From Gekko japonicus (lineage: Eukaryota): 64,000 bases of DNA. Positions 27,601 to 45,000 of the stretch are shown here, in pieces; the first letter of the stretch is position 1; every line of letters starts with the position of its first letter. The position numbers and the translations under genes are program-made. The stretch covers positions 811,230 to 875,229 of the forward strand of contig NW_015173690.1 in assembly GCF_001447785.1 (NCBI RefSeq), in the 5' to 3' direction. Under the pieces are notes generated by a model. The model had not been told where the DNA came from and did not search any database. It worked only from the letters and a program-made list of their open reading frames with translations.

Positions 27601-30600
27601 CCAGAATCAAAGTATGTGTATCTGCATCACAGGACAAAGTTGGTCCCAATTTTTGTAACCCTTGACCTGACCAATTAACTACTGAACCTGTGATAACAGA
27701 GCAAAAGTTCAAAAGTTTGAATTATACATGTATATATTGTCTTATACTGGGGAAAAATTAAATGGACTTTACTCACAGGCAATGTATTTAATAATTTTAT
27801 ATCCCACCTTTCTGCCCTCTCAAGGGCTACCAAAGCAGCTAACAATTTAAATATACATGAAAAAAATCACACTTTAAAACCATTAATAAAGCCCTAACAT
27901 GCATCATTAAAACAATTTAAAACAGCATTAAAATACATACAAAACATAAAAACTACAATTAAAACATTGGTTAGAAAGGAGGGATCACTGAGTGAATACC
28001 AAATGAAAGAAAAAAATTTCTGTGTGCCAGCAAAAAATGGCAGCAGAAGAGGACAGATGAATCTCTCTTGGGAGAAAGTTGCCACCCACCTAATCTCAGA
28101 AGGTGAGGGCAACCAAAGTAAGGCCTCAGAAGAAGACTGTAGAGGTCATGGCATGTCATCATAATACTTAATTTTGAAAAATTATTTTGAATTCCCACCC
28201 AATTCATTCTTTTGGGTGTTTGCTTATTTGAAATCAACATTAACAATGCAAAATGCAAGGTTATTAGGTTATCCAAAAAGTCCACCCATTAAAGCAAAGC
28301 TTTAGCTATCAAGTTATAAAATATCCTTGTAACTGTTATATCTATTCAAGGGCACAAAAGCATTCCCTCTTTACAGCAACAGCCAATGGTGCAGCAACGG
28401 GCAGGAACATCATCCATTACCACCCTTCTCCCACACCGCTTGCTACTACCTTCTTCCTCCCCCCCTTTTCCATCACACCTGTACAAAAGGTCAGACATTA
28501 TGGCAACTTCACCAGAACACCCTTGGCAGCCAGTAACACCCCCCATCCTTTCATCATGCTATAATGCTATAGTGCAACTCAGCAGGGAAAGCGGAAAAAA
28601 GCCCATTAAAGAACTAAAGAGCAAATTGGCTCACAGCAGCAAGCTGCCCCACACCATTTTGAAAACAGAGCTTAGACCTGTTCCCCTTCCTGTACTGACT
28701 ATGGAAAGATACTTAGCACAATCACACTTGGATGTTCTCCTTTAATGCAAGGGCTTCTTGCTTTCAGTGTGTGTGTGCAGGGAGGGGGGATTCTCATGTG
28801 GAAGCAAACATTGATAAATGACAAGTGAAGAAAATATCTCTTGGGGGAAAAGCAGAGTATTTTGGAAAAAGCCACATATCAATTGCATCAAATAAATGGA
28901 TTAGTTGAAGACGGCCTGCTGTACCACACCCCCAGATTCCACCCTCCCCAGGCACTGCCCCAAGATCATCCATACTGGAGATCCTGTAGCTGACAGCACC
29001 ATCCTCGACAGAGTTAACACCCATAGGCCCATGGACTCCATTGGACTTACTAGAGTGTAACTCTGTTTAGAACTGCAATACAAGACATATGTCACCTCAT
29101 AATACAGAAAAAGTAATGATTAGGTTATTGGTCAGTCTTCAAAACACAGGACACTACCAGCACATACTTTCTATAAAGATAGGCACATTAGAAATATGAT
29201 CATTTAGCAGATTAACATTGTCACCCAAGTTACGCCCTTGTAAATCCATTGACATCAATAGGCTTTTGTTGTTCAGTCGCACAGTCGAGTCAGACTCTTA
29301 GCGACCCCATGGAACAGATCACGCCAGGCCCTCCGGTCTTCCGCCGTCCTCTGAAGTTTGCTCAACTTCATTCAATAGGCTTAGAAGAGAGTAAGTCTGT
29401 TTGGGACTGCAGTATGAATTAGCATACATCATGGCTCAAGAAATTGATGGGACCTTTATTTAGACCTTTCAGAAATCTGACATGCTCTCTCAAAAGTACA
29501 TGGATGGTAGACAGTGAAGAAAGGAAGGGCAAAGGAGATAACTAAGTAGGAGTGGGAGTATAAACTGTTAAAACACAACTGCGGCAACAAGCATAAAGCA
29601 ACTTTACAACTTCCTATTTCTCTTTGTGCAGCCTGTGCTTTTGTTCTCTCCTTTGGTTCTGTGTGCAGTAATAAAGACCCTCTGGGACTCATGCCTGCCT
29701 GGAAGTTACACTTTCCTAAGAATGAACACTTTCGCTCTTCCTAGCTACTTGGCGATAGGTCTGACGGCTTCATCCTGGCGACGGGGCACTCCACACGTTC
29801 AGAGGCCCTCAATCATGAGTGTTTCCACATAACAACGTCCCGCAGTTCAGCTGTGGTACTCAGACAATAAATAAGCTAGCTACAAGATCATTTCAAAAGC
29901 TTTAGCGAGTATTCCGCTCTTACCAAGATCAGAGCACCTTTTAGAGTACTAGCCAAACTCTAGCAAAAAAGGACAACAATACTCATTCAAACTATTGTCT
30001 CATGTGCTTCTATGATGACTGATCTCACCTACCATTAGACGCCGAGGGAAAACGGTTTGAAGACAAATAGGGCTGATTTGTATTTGCTATGGTAAAACTT
30101 CGTGCCGACAATAGGGCAACATAGCCTTCACCTCGGCTTTAAACAACCTCGTTTTAATAGCACAACGCCCGCACCCCAAAATAAAGAAAACGGCCATCCC
30201 GCAAGGTCCTCTGGGATTTATAGTCCAGTTCGAAAATAACTAAAGACATTAAATGGGATATATTAGAGGGAAGAAACTACAACCCCCATGAGCCACCACA
30301 GGACAATACCACCCCCCCCTCTTGCATCCCCGTGAGGCATAACTACTTGACTGCCCCTCACCCAACCTCACAATAATACCTCTCCCTGCACCTCTATCAA
30401 GGTTCCATCAATGCTNNNNNNNNNNNNNNNNNNNNNNNNNNNNNNNNNNNNNNNNNNNNNNNNNNNNNNNNNNNNNNNNNNNNNNNNNNNNNNNNNNNNN
30501 NNNNNNNNNNNNNNNNNNNNNNNNNNNNNNNNNNNNNNNNNNNNNNNNNNNNNNNNNNNNNNNNNNNNNNNNNNNNNNNNNNNNNNNNNNNNNNNNNNNN

Positions 30601-30891
30601 NNNNNNNNNNNNNNNNNNNNNNNNNNNNNNNNNNNNNNNNNNNNNNNNNNNNNNNNNNNNNNNNNNNNNNNNNNNNNNNNNNNNNNNNNNNNNNNNNNNN
30701 NNNNNNNNNNNNNNNNNNNNNNNNNNNNNNNNNNNNNNNNNNNNNNNNNNNNNNNNNNNNNNNNNNNNNNNNNNNNNNNNNNNNNNNNNNNNNNNNNNNN
30801 NNNNNNNNNNNNNNNNTTCCCTACCGCCCATAGATGACTTAGTCGCCTCCGTCCTCGAAGATAAACTCGCTGGTGCTGCCGACGTCGCCAT
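5912..30891 (-). CDS. CEP97: Centrosomal protein of 97 kDa, whole gene: complement(join(30825..30891,27545..27687,25054..25212,23755..23856,23062..23175,21423..21589,14082..14246,13480..13613,10716..11496,10158..10233,5912..6631)), 2628 nt, ~875 aa
   Basis: Leucine-rich repeats ([16 protein letters not shown]..., [17 protein letters not shown]...), IQ motif ([15 protein letters not shown]) and C-terminal [12 protein letters not shown] match vertebrate CEP97. All introns are GT-AG and phases sum to an open frame. Confidence 0.95.
8040..9370 (-). mobile_element. Putative L1-type LINE 5' UTR fragment (CpG-rich, young)
   Basis: Minus strand starts GGGGCTTCCGG...ATGGTGG, like non-mammalian L1 5' ends. 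CpGs are retained and a purine-rich body follows. The left boundary is uncertain. Confidence 0.45.
10071..10136. mobile_element. 66-bp palindromic hAT-type MITE
   Basis: Self-complementary except for one pair; 8-bp TSD ATTGAGGG at 10063-10070 and 10137-10144. Confidence 0.85.
10158..10233 (-). CDS. CEP97: CEP97 exon 10
   Basis: [25 protein letters not shown]; 76 nt. Confidence 0.93.
10716..11496 (-). CDS. CEP97: CEP97 exon 9 (includes IQ motif)
   Basis: [11 protein letters not shown]...[12 protein letters not shown]...[13 protein letters not shown]...RMQEHI; 781 nt. Confidence 0.93.
13480..13613 (-). CDS. CEP97: CEP97 exon 8
   Basis: [14 protein letters not shown]...; 134 nt, tag|...|gtaag. 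Confidence 0.92.
14082..14246 (-). CDS. CEP97: CEP97 exon 7
   Basis: [33 protein letters not shown]...[10 protein letters not shown]; 165 nt. Confidence 0.95.
15505..15880 (+). mobile_element. CR1 LINE 3' fragment
   Basis: [20 protein letters not shown]-like RT tail; ends ggtcccttccaactc...ttctatgatt. Confidence 0.85.
18858..19063. mobile_element. hAT-type MITE, same family as 10071-10136
   Basis: TIRs caatgctccctctaagctg / cagcttagagagaacactg. Confidence 0.75.
21013..21308. repeat. Tandem duplication, 2 x ~147 bp
   Basis: tcaccaaatggaattactaaacc...agacatact repeated with a few mismatches. Confidence 0.9.
21423..21589 (-). CDS. CEP97: CEP97 exon 6
   Basis: [41 protein letters not shown]...; 167 nt. 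Confidence 0.95.
22213..22414. mobile_element. Penelope-derived inverted pseudo-LTR (fold-back) insertion
   Basis: ~75-bp inverted arms homologous to the Penelope 3' end at 47420-47540; 14-bp TSD TTATCAAGAATGTA (22199-22212 / 22415-22428). Confidence 0.8.
23062..23175 (-). CDS. CEP97: CEP97 exon 5
   Basis: [38 protein letters not shown]; 114 nt; AAG acceptor. Confidence 0.93.
23755..23856 (-). CDS. CEP97: CEP97 exon 4
   Basis: [34 protein letters not shown]; 102 nt. Confidence 0.95.
25054..25212 (-). CDS. CEP97: CEP97 exon 3
   Basis: [17 protein letters not shown]...LAGNNIK; 159 nt. Confidence 0.95.
25710..26272. mobile_element. hAT-type non-autonomous DNA transposon
   Basis: Ends (ca)taggtgtcaaac / gcttgacacccc(ag); degenerate 8-bp TSD caataggt/cactaagt. 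Confidence 0.65.
26395..27250 (+). mobile_element. L2 LINE RT 3' fragment interrupted by a Sauria SINE
   Basis: SRLDYC..LQLVQNA..HITP.L and [18 protein letters not shown] motifs typical of the L2 C-terminus. Confidence 0.75.
26634..26959 (-). mobile_element. Sauria SINE
   Basis: aaggtaaagg tail and body ...ttacctttccca...tttatctac...ttgctaggttggcagg; 14-bp TSD CACTGTTTAAGGTA (26620-26633 / 26960-26973). Confidence 0.85.
27545..27687 (-). CDS. CEP97: CEP97 exon 2
   Basis: [47 protein letters not shown]; 143 nt, cag|...|gttag. Confidence 0.95.
29266..29371 (-). mobile_element. RTE-BovB 3' end
   Basis: ttgttgttcagtcgcacagtcgagtc...gaccccatgga, reverse complement of the BovB-like end at ~39170-39230. 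Confidence 0.75.
30825..30891 (-). CDS. CEP97: CEP97 exon 1 ([22 protein letters not shown]+G)
   Basis: ATG in ggaagtATGGCG context. Donor GCG|GTAGGG is phase 1, matching exon 2. It lies next to an N gap, so it is less certain. Confidence 0.7.
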
Positions 30892-31203
30892 ACTTCCCGC
30901 TTGCTAACAACACTAGGCAACCGGGCGGGTACTGAACGCTGATTGGGTAGTTAAAATACCCTCACAAAATATTTTCCAAAGGTTTTATATAAAATCAGGA
31001 GACTTTCGAAACCTCGTGGCATCATGAATTGTGATTTTTGAACATTTTCAGCGCTACATAACTGCCTGAAAAAGCATCCCATAATGCCTCGGAAACGGGC
31101 ATTTTCCCACAATACCCCGCGCGAGTAATAGAATCCGGTTTCCCATGATCCTCTCTTCCTTTCCGCTGCTGGAGCTGCTGCTGCTGAAGCAGTTGCCGTC
31201 ATT
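30892..31203. promoter_or_regulatory. Bidirectional CEP97/RPL24 promoter (ZNF143/Staf-like sites, CCAAT, RFX half-sites, ETS-like site)
   Basis: The two start codons are 312 bp apart and divergent. TCCCA-n-AT-(G/A/C)C motifs at ~31075, 31102 and 31139; ATTGG at 30942; CTAGGCAAC at 30913. Confidence 0.8.
31149..31164 (+). promoter_or_regulatory. RPL24: TCT core promoter / 5' TOP tract of RPL24
   Basis: Polypyrimidine run tcctctcttcctttcc ~40 nt upstream of the RPL24 ATG, typical of ribosomal protein gene starts. Confidence 0.8.
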
Positions 31204-38542
<7,339 letters not shown>

Positions 38543-38568
38543 CTTGTCATGGTGTTTTGGCTATGTCA

Positions 38569-38574
38569 AATAAA
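38569..38574 (+). terminator. RPL24: RPL24 polyadenylation signal AATAAA
   Basis: 26 nt after the stop, followed by a GT/T-rich downstream region. Confidence 0.85.
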
Positions 38575-38919
38575 TGTTTGACTTATATCTTGTATGTGTG
38601 ACTTGATTTTGTGTAACTTTTTAGTTTGGAGTTGTGTATTAGTGAATTATAGGCAGAATGTGTAATAACAAAGTCTTTAAACATATGTCTAATGGGAAAT
38701 GTGCAATTGCAAAGCTGTCCAATGATATGATACCAAGGAAAACCTCCATTATAGAGGCACCCTTGAAGCTCAATAGTAACTATAATAATATTTTTGCCTA
38801 GCTTGAATGCTTCATGTGAATGTAGCCTCAACTATGGCTTGATTTGGGGGGGGTGTCTGTGTATATGCTTGTTTGGGAATTGGTAAGAATAAATTATAAC
38901 TTATAAATTATAAGTAAGG

Positions 38920-39230
38920 AGAGCAAATCAGTCAATCCTAAAAGAAATCAACCCTGACTGTTCCCTGGAAGGCCAGATACTGAAGCTGAAGCTCAAATAC
39001 TTTGACCACAAAATGAGAAGGGAGCACTCACTGGAGAAGAAACTGATGCTGGGAAAGATTGAAGGTAAAAGAAAAAGGGGAAAACAAAGGATGAGATGGT
39101 TAGACAGTGTTGTTGATGCAGTGAACGTAAAATTAAGCAAACTCCAGAGCACGACAGAAGACAGGAGGGCCTGGCGTGATGTGGTCCATGGGTCCATAGG
39201 GATGGACTCGACTGTGCGACTGAACAACAG
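38920..39230 (+). mobile_element. RTE-BovB LINE 3' end
   Basis: SLEKKLMLGKIEGKRKRGKQRMRWLDSV...WRDVVHG; ends cgactgaacaaca. Confidence 0.9.
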
Positions 39231-41711
39231 TAAAGAATAAGTTATATAGGAAAGTTACTACTTTACACAGAGTGGTTTAAAATGCAGAATTTGCTGCCAG
39301 AGGATGTAGTGATGGCCACAGGAACAGCTTTAAAAGGGGATTAGATAGGGGAACCTCCACATTCAGAGGCACTAAGCCTCTGCAGCCCAGAACCAGGAGG
39401 CAACATCAGGGGAAGGTCTCAGCCTCTATGCCTTGTTGGCCCTCCAGAGGAACTGCTTGGCCACTATGTGAGACATGATGCTGAACTAGATGGACCACTG
39501 GTCTGATCCAGCAGAGCTCCTATGTTCTTACATTATTTTTGACACCTGCCTGTAAATTAGTTGAGAATGATACTGTCATGCTTTAGATGAAATCCTTTGG
39601 CATGGTTCATGCTGATGAAAATGGGAAGAAGGGAGGGTCCCCCTTGACCACCCAAAAACGTTATGCTGGGGATCGTGAGACCTGCACGGACAAAAAGTCC
39701 TGATAAACAGGCTGTAGTTGGGTGAGACTGAGTGGAAAAGCTGGTTGGATCTGCCCCTGTATCTCTTGCTTGTTATAGCCTTTAGATTGTGAACACACTC
39801 TTCCTAGATGAAAAAATATCACCTAATACAATGCAGCATTATGTTTACACAGCTTCAAGGCAGTTAGGGTTTCAGGTCAACCTGGTATTGCACCAGATTA
39901 TGTACCATTTTCCATAGGAGGGAGTGCTCATGCACTCTTGAGGCCTGCACTCATTAAGTTGCTTGATTAGAAAATACAGTTTTAAAACTAGCCTTTAATT
40001 TGGGAGTAGGCATCTTATTTTAGGAATTAGTTTAATTGTAGATAAAAGCAGTGTATTAAACTATTTGAAATGCCTGATTCTGAGTCCCAAAGTGAATCTC
40101 AGTATTAACTATTCATGCTAAGTACACATTTTTGACAGAAAGCATTTTGTAGTTGAATACTATTGTGACCACACTAATAAACACAGCAGGGAACTATATA
40201 AAGCTAAACAAAATGTCTTTTGTTTTAAAAAAAGAGGACATTAAATACAGTCAAGAAATTAAAAAAAACATTTTTATTACCTGGGTCTTTTGTAAGGTTA
40301 TCCAGTCACAAAGGCTTATAAGAATAAACTTTGTTGAATTTATAGGTTTCACTGGACTCAATCTTTGTTCTATCATTCTACTATTAGAACAAATAGTTAA
40401 TTTCTCAAGTTTGGAGAAGGAATGCAATTTAGCTCTACTCTAGTGTCATATAACTTCCTATGAATTCACTGAACAAACCTATACTTCTAATGTTATACTA
40501 ATAAAACTAAATTCTAGATAAAATGTAACCAAATGAAGCCTAGATTTCTAGGTTCAGTAATGAGATGGGATGTTCACATTGTGTTTCAGCTGTAAATTTA
40601 CAGATGGTTGGCTCTAGAACGTCTTGTCAATTTATTATCATGTAGATAGCAATAAACCTTGTGCTTGTGGGGAGACTACAGCTTGTCCTCTGCTAATTAA
40701 GTCACTCATGACATAATTTGGAAATTAGTGATAGTAAAAGCAGTGGGAGTTGTGCACTGCAATCTTACAGTGTTACTCCAGTCTAAGCCCATTGATTTCA
40801 GCAGCCTTTGGGTAACTGTACTGGATCGTGGTGTTAAGTACATCCACCAGTAAGTGGGTTTCCACTATTTGGTAAATACACAGCCTGCCAACTGATTGCC
40901 AGGAGGAGTTGGAGACTGAGATAGTGTGAAAAAGAATGGGGAACACTCAATGATGACTCAAATGAGAACTAGGGGAGGCCACCCCGAAGCAACATGGAAT
41001 GGGGGCCGGTGGAAGCATCCGATCTAAAGGTTGGTTTGTTCAGGATAAAAAGACAACCCTTTAACTTGGACAGACATCCGACGTATGGTGCTGAGTTACC
41101 AGACTCTGCAACTACGTCGCTGTGTCAGGTTGTCTGCGTTACCACATATGCAGACACGTACTACTAAAAGCGCAGGTTTTCGGTTATATTACCTCGCTAG
41201 TTGAAGCCTTAAGAGACTCCACTTGAAGCAAAAAATCGGTAGTCCGCAAACTAGGCAACTTTACAATATATTAACTTGGTTTTCCCATATTACTGGGGAG
41301 AGCGCCACGGGAGGTTTTGCCCAATGCGGAGATGGTGGTGGCGACTAGCCAAGGCGGGTCTACAGTGGCATCCACGAAAACGGCCTCTCACTCGGCAGCG
41401 TCTGCCCGGTTCCAACATGGCGCTCGCTCCCTTAAACCACTTCCCCTCTCATCTCCGCAAAGAGCTGGTCCACATTTTCCTGGACCTCACTTCCGCTTGT
41501 GCAGCAGCCATTTTGTCTTTCCGTTGATCCTCCCCCTCCCCCACCCTATTCCTTCCCTTAGGTCCGCGATCTCTCCGATACCTGTGACAGCAGCAGCGTC
41601 CCCCGCTCCCTAGCCCACCTTGTCCTCCGCCAAGCTTCCCCCCCTTCCCCGGCACCTACCGTGGGGGACCGCAAATGCTCCCCACCCGCTCTCTCCGCCT
41701 CCTTCCCCACT

Positions 41712-41732
41712 AGCAGCAGCAGCAGCAGCAGC
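41712..41732 (+). repeat. (AGC)7 trinucleotide repeat upstream of the ZBTB11 ATG
   Basis: agcagcagcagcagcagcagc. Confidence 0.85.
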
Positions 41733-41781
41733 CCCGCTTGCCTTGAGCGGCCGAGCCGTCCCCTCCCCTCCTCGGCGCGCC

Positions 41782-42091
41782 ATGTCGAGCGAGGAGAGCT
41801 ACCTGGCCATCCTGCGCTACCTGACCAACGAGCGCGAGCCCTACGCGCCGGGCACCGAAGGCAACGCCAAGCGCAAGATCCGCAAGGCCGCCGCCTGCTA
41901 CGTCGTCCGCGGCGGCACCCTCTACTACCAGCGCCGGCAGCGGCACCAGCGGCGCTTCGCCGAGCTCGAGGTGGTCCTGCAGGCCGAGCGCCGCGCCCGC
42001 CTCATCCGGGCTGCGCACCTGGACGCCGACGGCACCCACCGGACTCGCCTGCAGACATGGCAGCGCCTCTCCCGGCGCTACTGGTGGCGAG
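41782..42091 (+). CDS. ZBTB11: ZBTB11 exon 1
   Basis: MSSEESYLAILRYLTNEREPYAPG...SRRYWWR+G|gtgagg. Confidence 0.96.
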
Positions 42092-45000
42092 GTGAGGGGA
42101 GGTGGCGGCGGCGGGAGGGCTGGTGGCGGGAAGGAGGGACACGGAGGCACCGAGCGTGGGAGCCGCCTCGCCTGGCCCGGGCGGAATGTGCTCTTCTTAC
42201 AGGCTCCCGGAGCCCCGGAGGAAGGCTGGCCGCTCGCCTGGAATGAACTCCCTGGAAAAAGGTTCCGCTCACACAAAGGGTCCTCGAAGGAGAACGCTGT
42301 CCGCTCCGGCAGAATCTTGCTCCCTTTCCTTTAGTTTTCTCATCGGAAGTGATGGCCTTTAAGATAATATTGGGCATCCGTATTGCTCGTCGTCTGAGGT
42401 GTCCAAAGCTCTTTAGGTTATCTCAGTAAGCACTACAGTTATCTTGTCAGGGATCCAGTGTTATTCCTACACAGCCCAATCTAGGGTTGCCAGCCCTGGG
42501 TTGGGAAATACCTGGAGATTTGTGGGGTGGAACCTAAGGAGGGGCAGGGCTGGGGGTGGGACTTCAATGGGGTCTAATGCCATAGTCCACCTCCCCAAAT
42601 GGCCATTTTCTCCAGGTGAACTGATATCTGTTGCCTGGAGATCAATTGTAATAGTGGGAGATCTCCAGCCACTACGTGGATGTTGGCAACCATAGCCCAA
42701 TTACACCTGTATTTACTCAGCAGCTGCTTCTGATCTCCACTGACTGAGAATTCATATATCCGAAGAGGCTGAAAGCTGACTTGCCAAGTAAATGAAAGGA
42801 TTCCTGTGACTTTTCCTATAACAAACTAACAGTTATTCCCATGGGAAGTAGGACTCCAAATATGGGAGAAAGATAATCCCAAGCATATTTGAAATTAAAT
42901 GGTCTTGTAGACACATTTCTTGGACTAGAACCCACTCAATCAGATGCATTGTGTATCTGTCCTCAACTGGCTGTATTATGTTTACATCTGTGGGATGGGC
43001 TTTTGGATAGTCAAGCATTTTGGCTGCAGCTGATCTTTAAACTCTTGGGAGCACATTCTGTATCAATAAGGAGCTGCTTTCGTTTAAGTTTTTGGAGTGA
43101 AAATGAGAATGGTTGTTGTCTAGCTTGTTGCATAGCTGAATCTGTTTTGAAAATAATGGTACAGAACATTGTAGTAGGACAACTTGATTAGATAGTAGTC
43201 CTTTGGAGAGATTAAGGTTACAGAGATTCTCCAAGAGCATCCATACTGTGGCCTGAAGGCCACCACTAGCCCATGAACACTTTGCATCCAGCAGTCATAC
43301 TACCCTGCTAGTGTACAGGTTAGCTTTGGCCCCGGTCACACGGCAAAGTTGCCGCGGGAGAGGCACGGATGGTGGACGGTTTATCCGGGCGCGATCACAC
43401 CTCAACATCTGGGAAGTGGAGCGCACCCATGGCTTACTGCCTAAAATGCGCGTTAAAAAAGTAGTACCTCGAAAGTACTAGTAAACGTTTGCCACGGGCT
43501 GCCTCCAGACTCCCGTGATCGTGCCGATGCGCGGCATCCCCCTCCGGTCCCTCGTTTACCCGCCAGCGCCGAGGGAAGGACCCATGGTGTGCTGCCGGCG
43601 CGTCTGATCATGTAATCGCGGATCAAACTGCGCCGGGGCAATTAGCCACGCCTCCCCCCTGCGATATCTGGCAGTGTGACCGGGTCCTTTGTACCTCTAA
43701 TGATGTGCCTGAAAGCAAAAACAGGCATATCTAAAGTGACACAGATCCCTCAGTGTCATGGATCATGCATGCACCATGCATCCCTTAGATCTATAAAGTG
43801 GAGAGACTGTTCCCATTTAGAGATCCTAGAGCATCTGGGGCATGTGTGGCAAAGAATGAAAGTAGACCATGCCCTTGCTCAGTCTACCAAATTGTTATGG
43901 GTAGTAATGGTGTAAGGCATTTCTGTATTACCTGTACAGGATCTTCTCTAAGACTTGATCTTTATAAGTCTACAATAAAGGTTGAGGGGAAATTTGACCA
44001 GCTCTTAGTCAATAAGTTGAAAATGACACTGGCAAAGTCTTATTTTTTCGTAGGGGGTAACTTACTGCTTTCTAGACACAAGTACAGCTGAATATTTTGT
44101 AGAGGTTGTAAAAGCAAACATCAGCTACAAAGGTGCTCAAGCCTTGCAGCCCGAGGGTTGTCTTGTTTTAGATAGTAAAATGAACAACCTCTAGCAAGCA
44201 GATAATTTTCTGCTCAAGAGTGTTTCTTGGAGGGAAAACAGGATTTTGAAGTGGGTCTAATCAAAGTATTTCCTATGAGCTTCCCGTGCTGTTGATTCAA
44301 CAAGAGACTGGCAGAACCCCAAAAAGGGAAATTCTGTGTTATGCAAAAATTCTGCAACATTTTCTCATGTGGACTGTGTTTATGCTTGGTGCACAATTGT
44401 CATGATCTGGCATATGTACTAATGGGGGGGGGGATAAGTACTGTTTCTGTGTATCTTTCAGGATTGGGTGCCCTTAAACAATACATGGAATCCTGATGCT
44501 GGCTAAGCTATGTAGGAAGATCTGTAGGAAAGTGCTGGCATTAGTTTGTTGGTTCCATCAGTTTCTAATAGAAAGCTGGGTTTCACAAATAGTAGCTGTA
44601 CTATTATTTTCTGCTAATCAGCTCCAAAATCTAATCCCACAGCAGTATTACCTGGTATTGTCTTGTTATGGTTAAACTTATGAGACATTATACTAACTTT
44701 GTTAAGAAAAAGGAAAACTATTCTTGTAATTGCAAGACTCATGCCGTTCAAGCTTATTTAAATTAATTAGTACATGAAATGGCTTTTATTTTCGAGCTGT
44801 GGTTACTTTTGTAACTTTTTGACTAATTTGCCCTTTCAATTAAAAAATAATTAGCAAATACCTAATTTTTACAAGAAAAGTTCAAATACTATAGAAAGTG
44901 TACATTTTGGGGTGAAGAGATTTGGACCAATCCATAACTTATTTACAATTTGGGCTTTGTACCATAAAATCTATGGAGTATTTGAGCTTTATAAACAGTG

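Larger units (their letters stand above)
41300..42320 (+). promoter_or_regulatory. ZBTB11: ZBTB11 CpG island promoter with ETS/GABP-like (CACTTCCGC 41488-41496) and YY1-like (GCCATTTT 41507-41514; AACATGGCG 41414-41422) sites
   Basis: High CpG density covering exon 1; motifs read directly. Confidence 0.8.

Noticed and set aside
30380-30415. Exon-like segment [12 protein letters not shown] ending at a GT, resembling the end of human CEP97 exon 1
   Set aside because: The GT falls at phase 0 for that frame, but exon 2 needs phase 1, and the phase-1 frame contains TGA. 30825-30891 fits better.
30397-30920. Long ORFs spanning the N run
   Set aside because: Artefacts of translating the assembly gap at 30416-30816.
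41449-42377. Several overlapping ORFs on both strands around ZBTB11 exon 1, possible antisense gene
   Set aside because: Expected from stop-codon scarcity in a CpG island. An antisense lncRNA cannot be shown from sequence alone.
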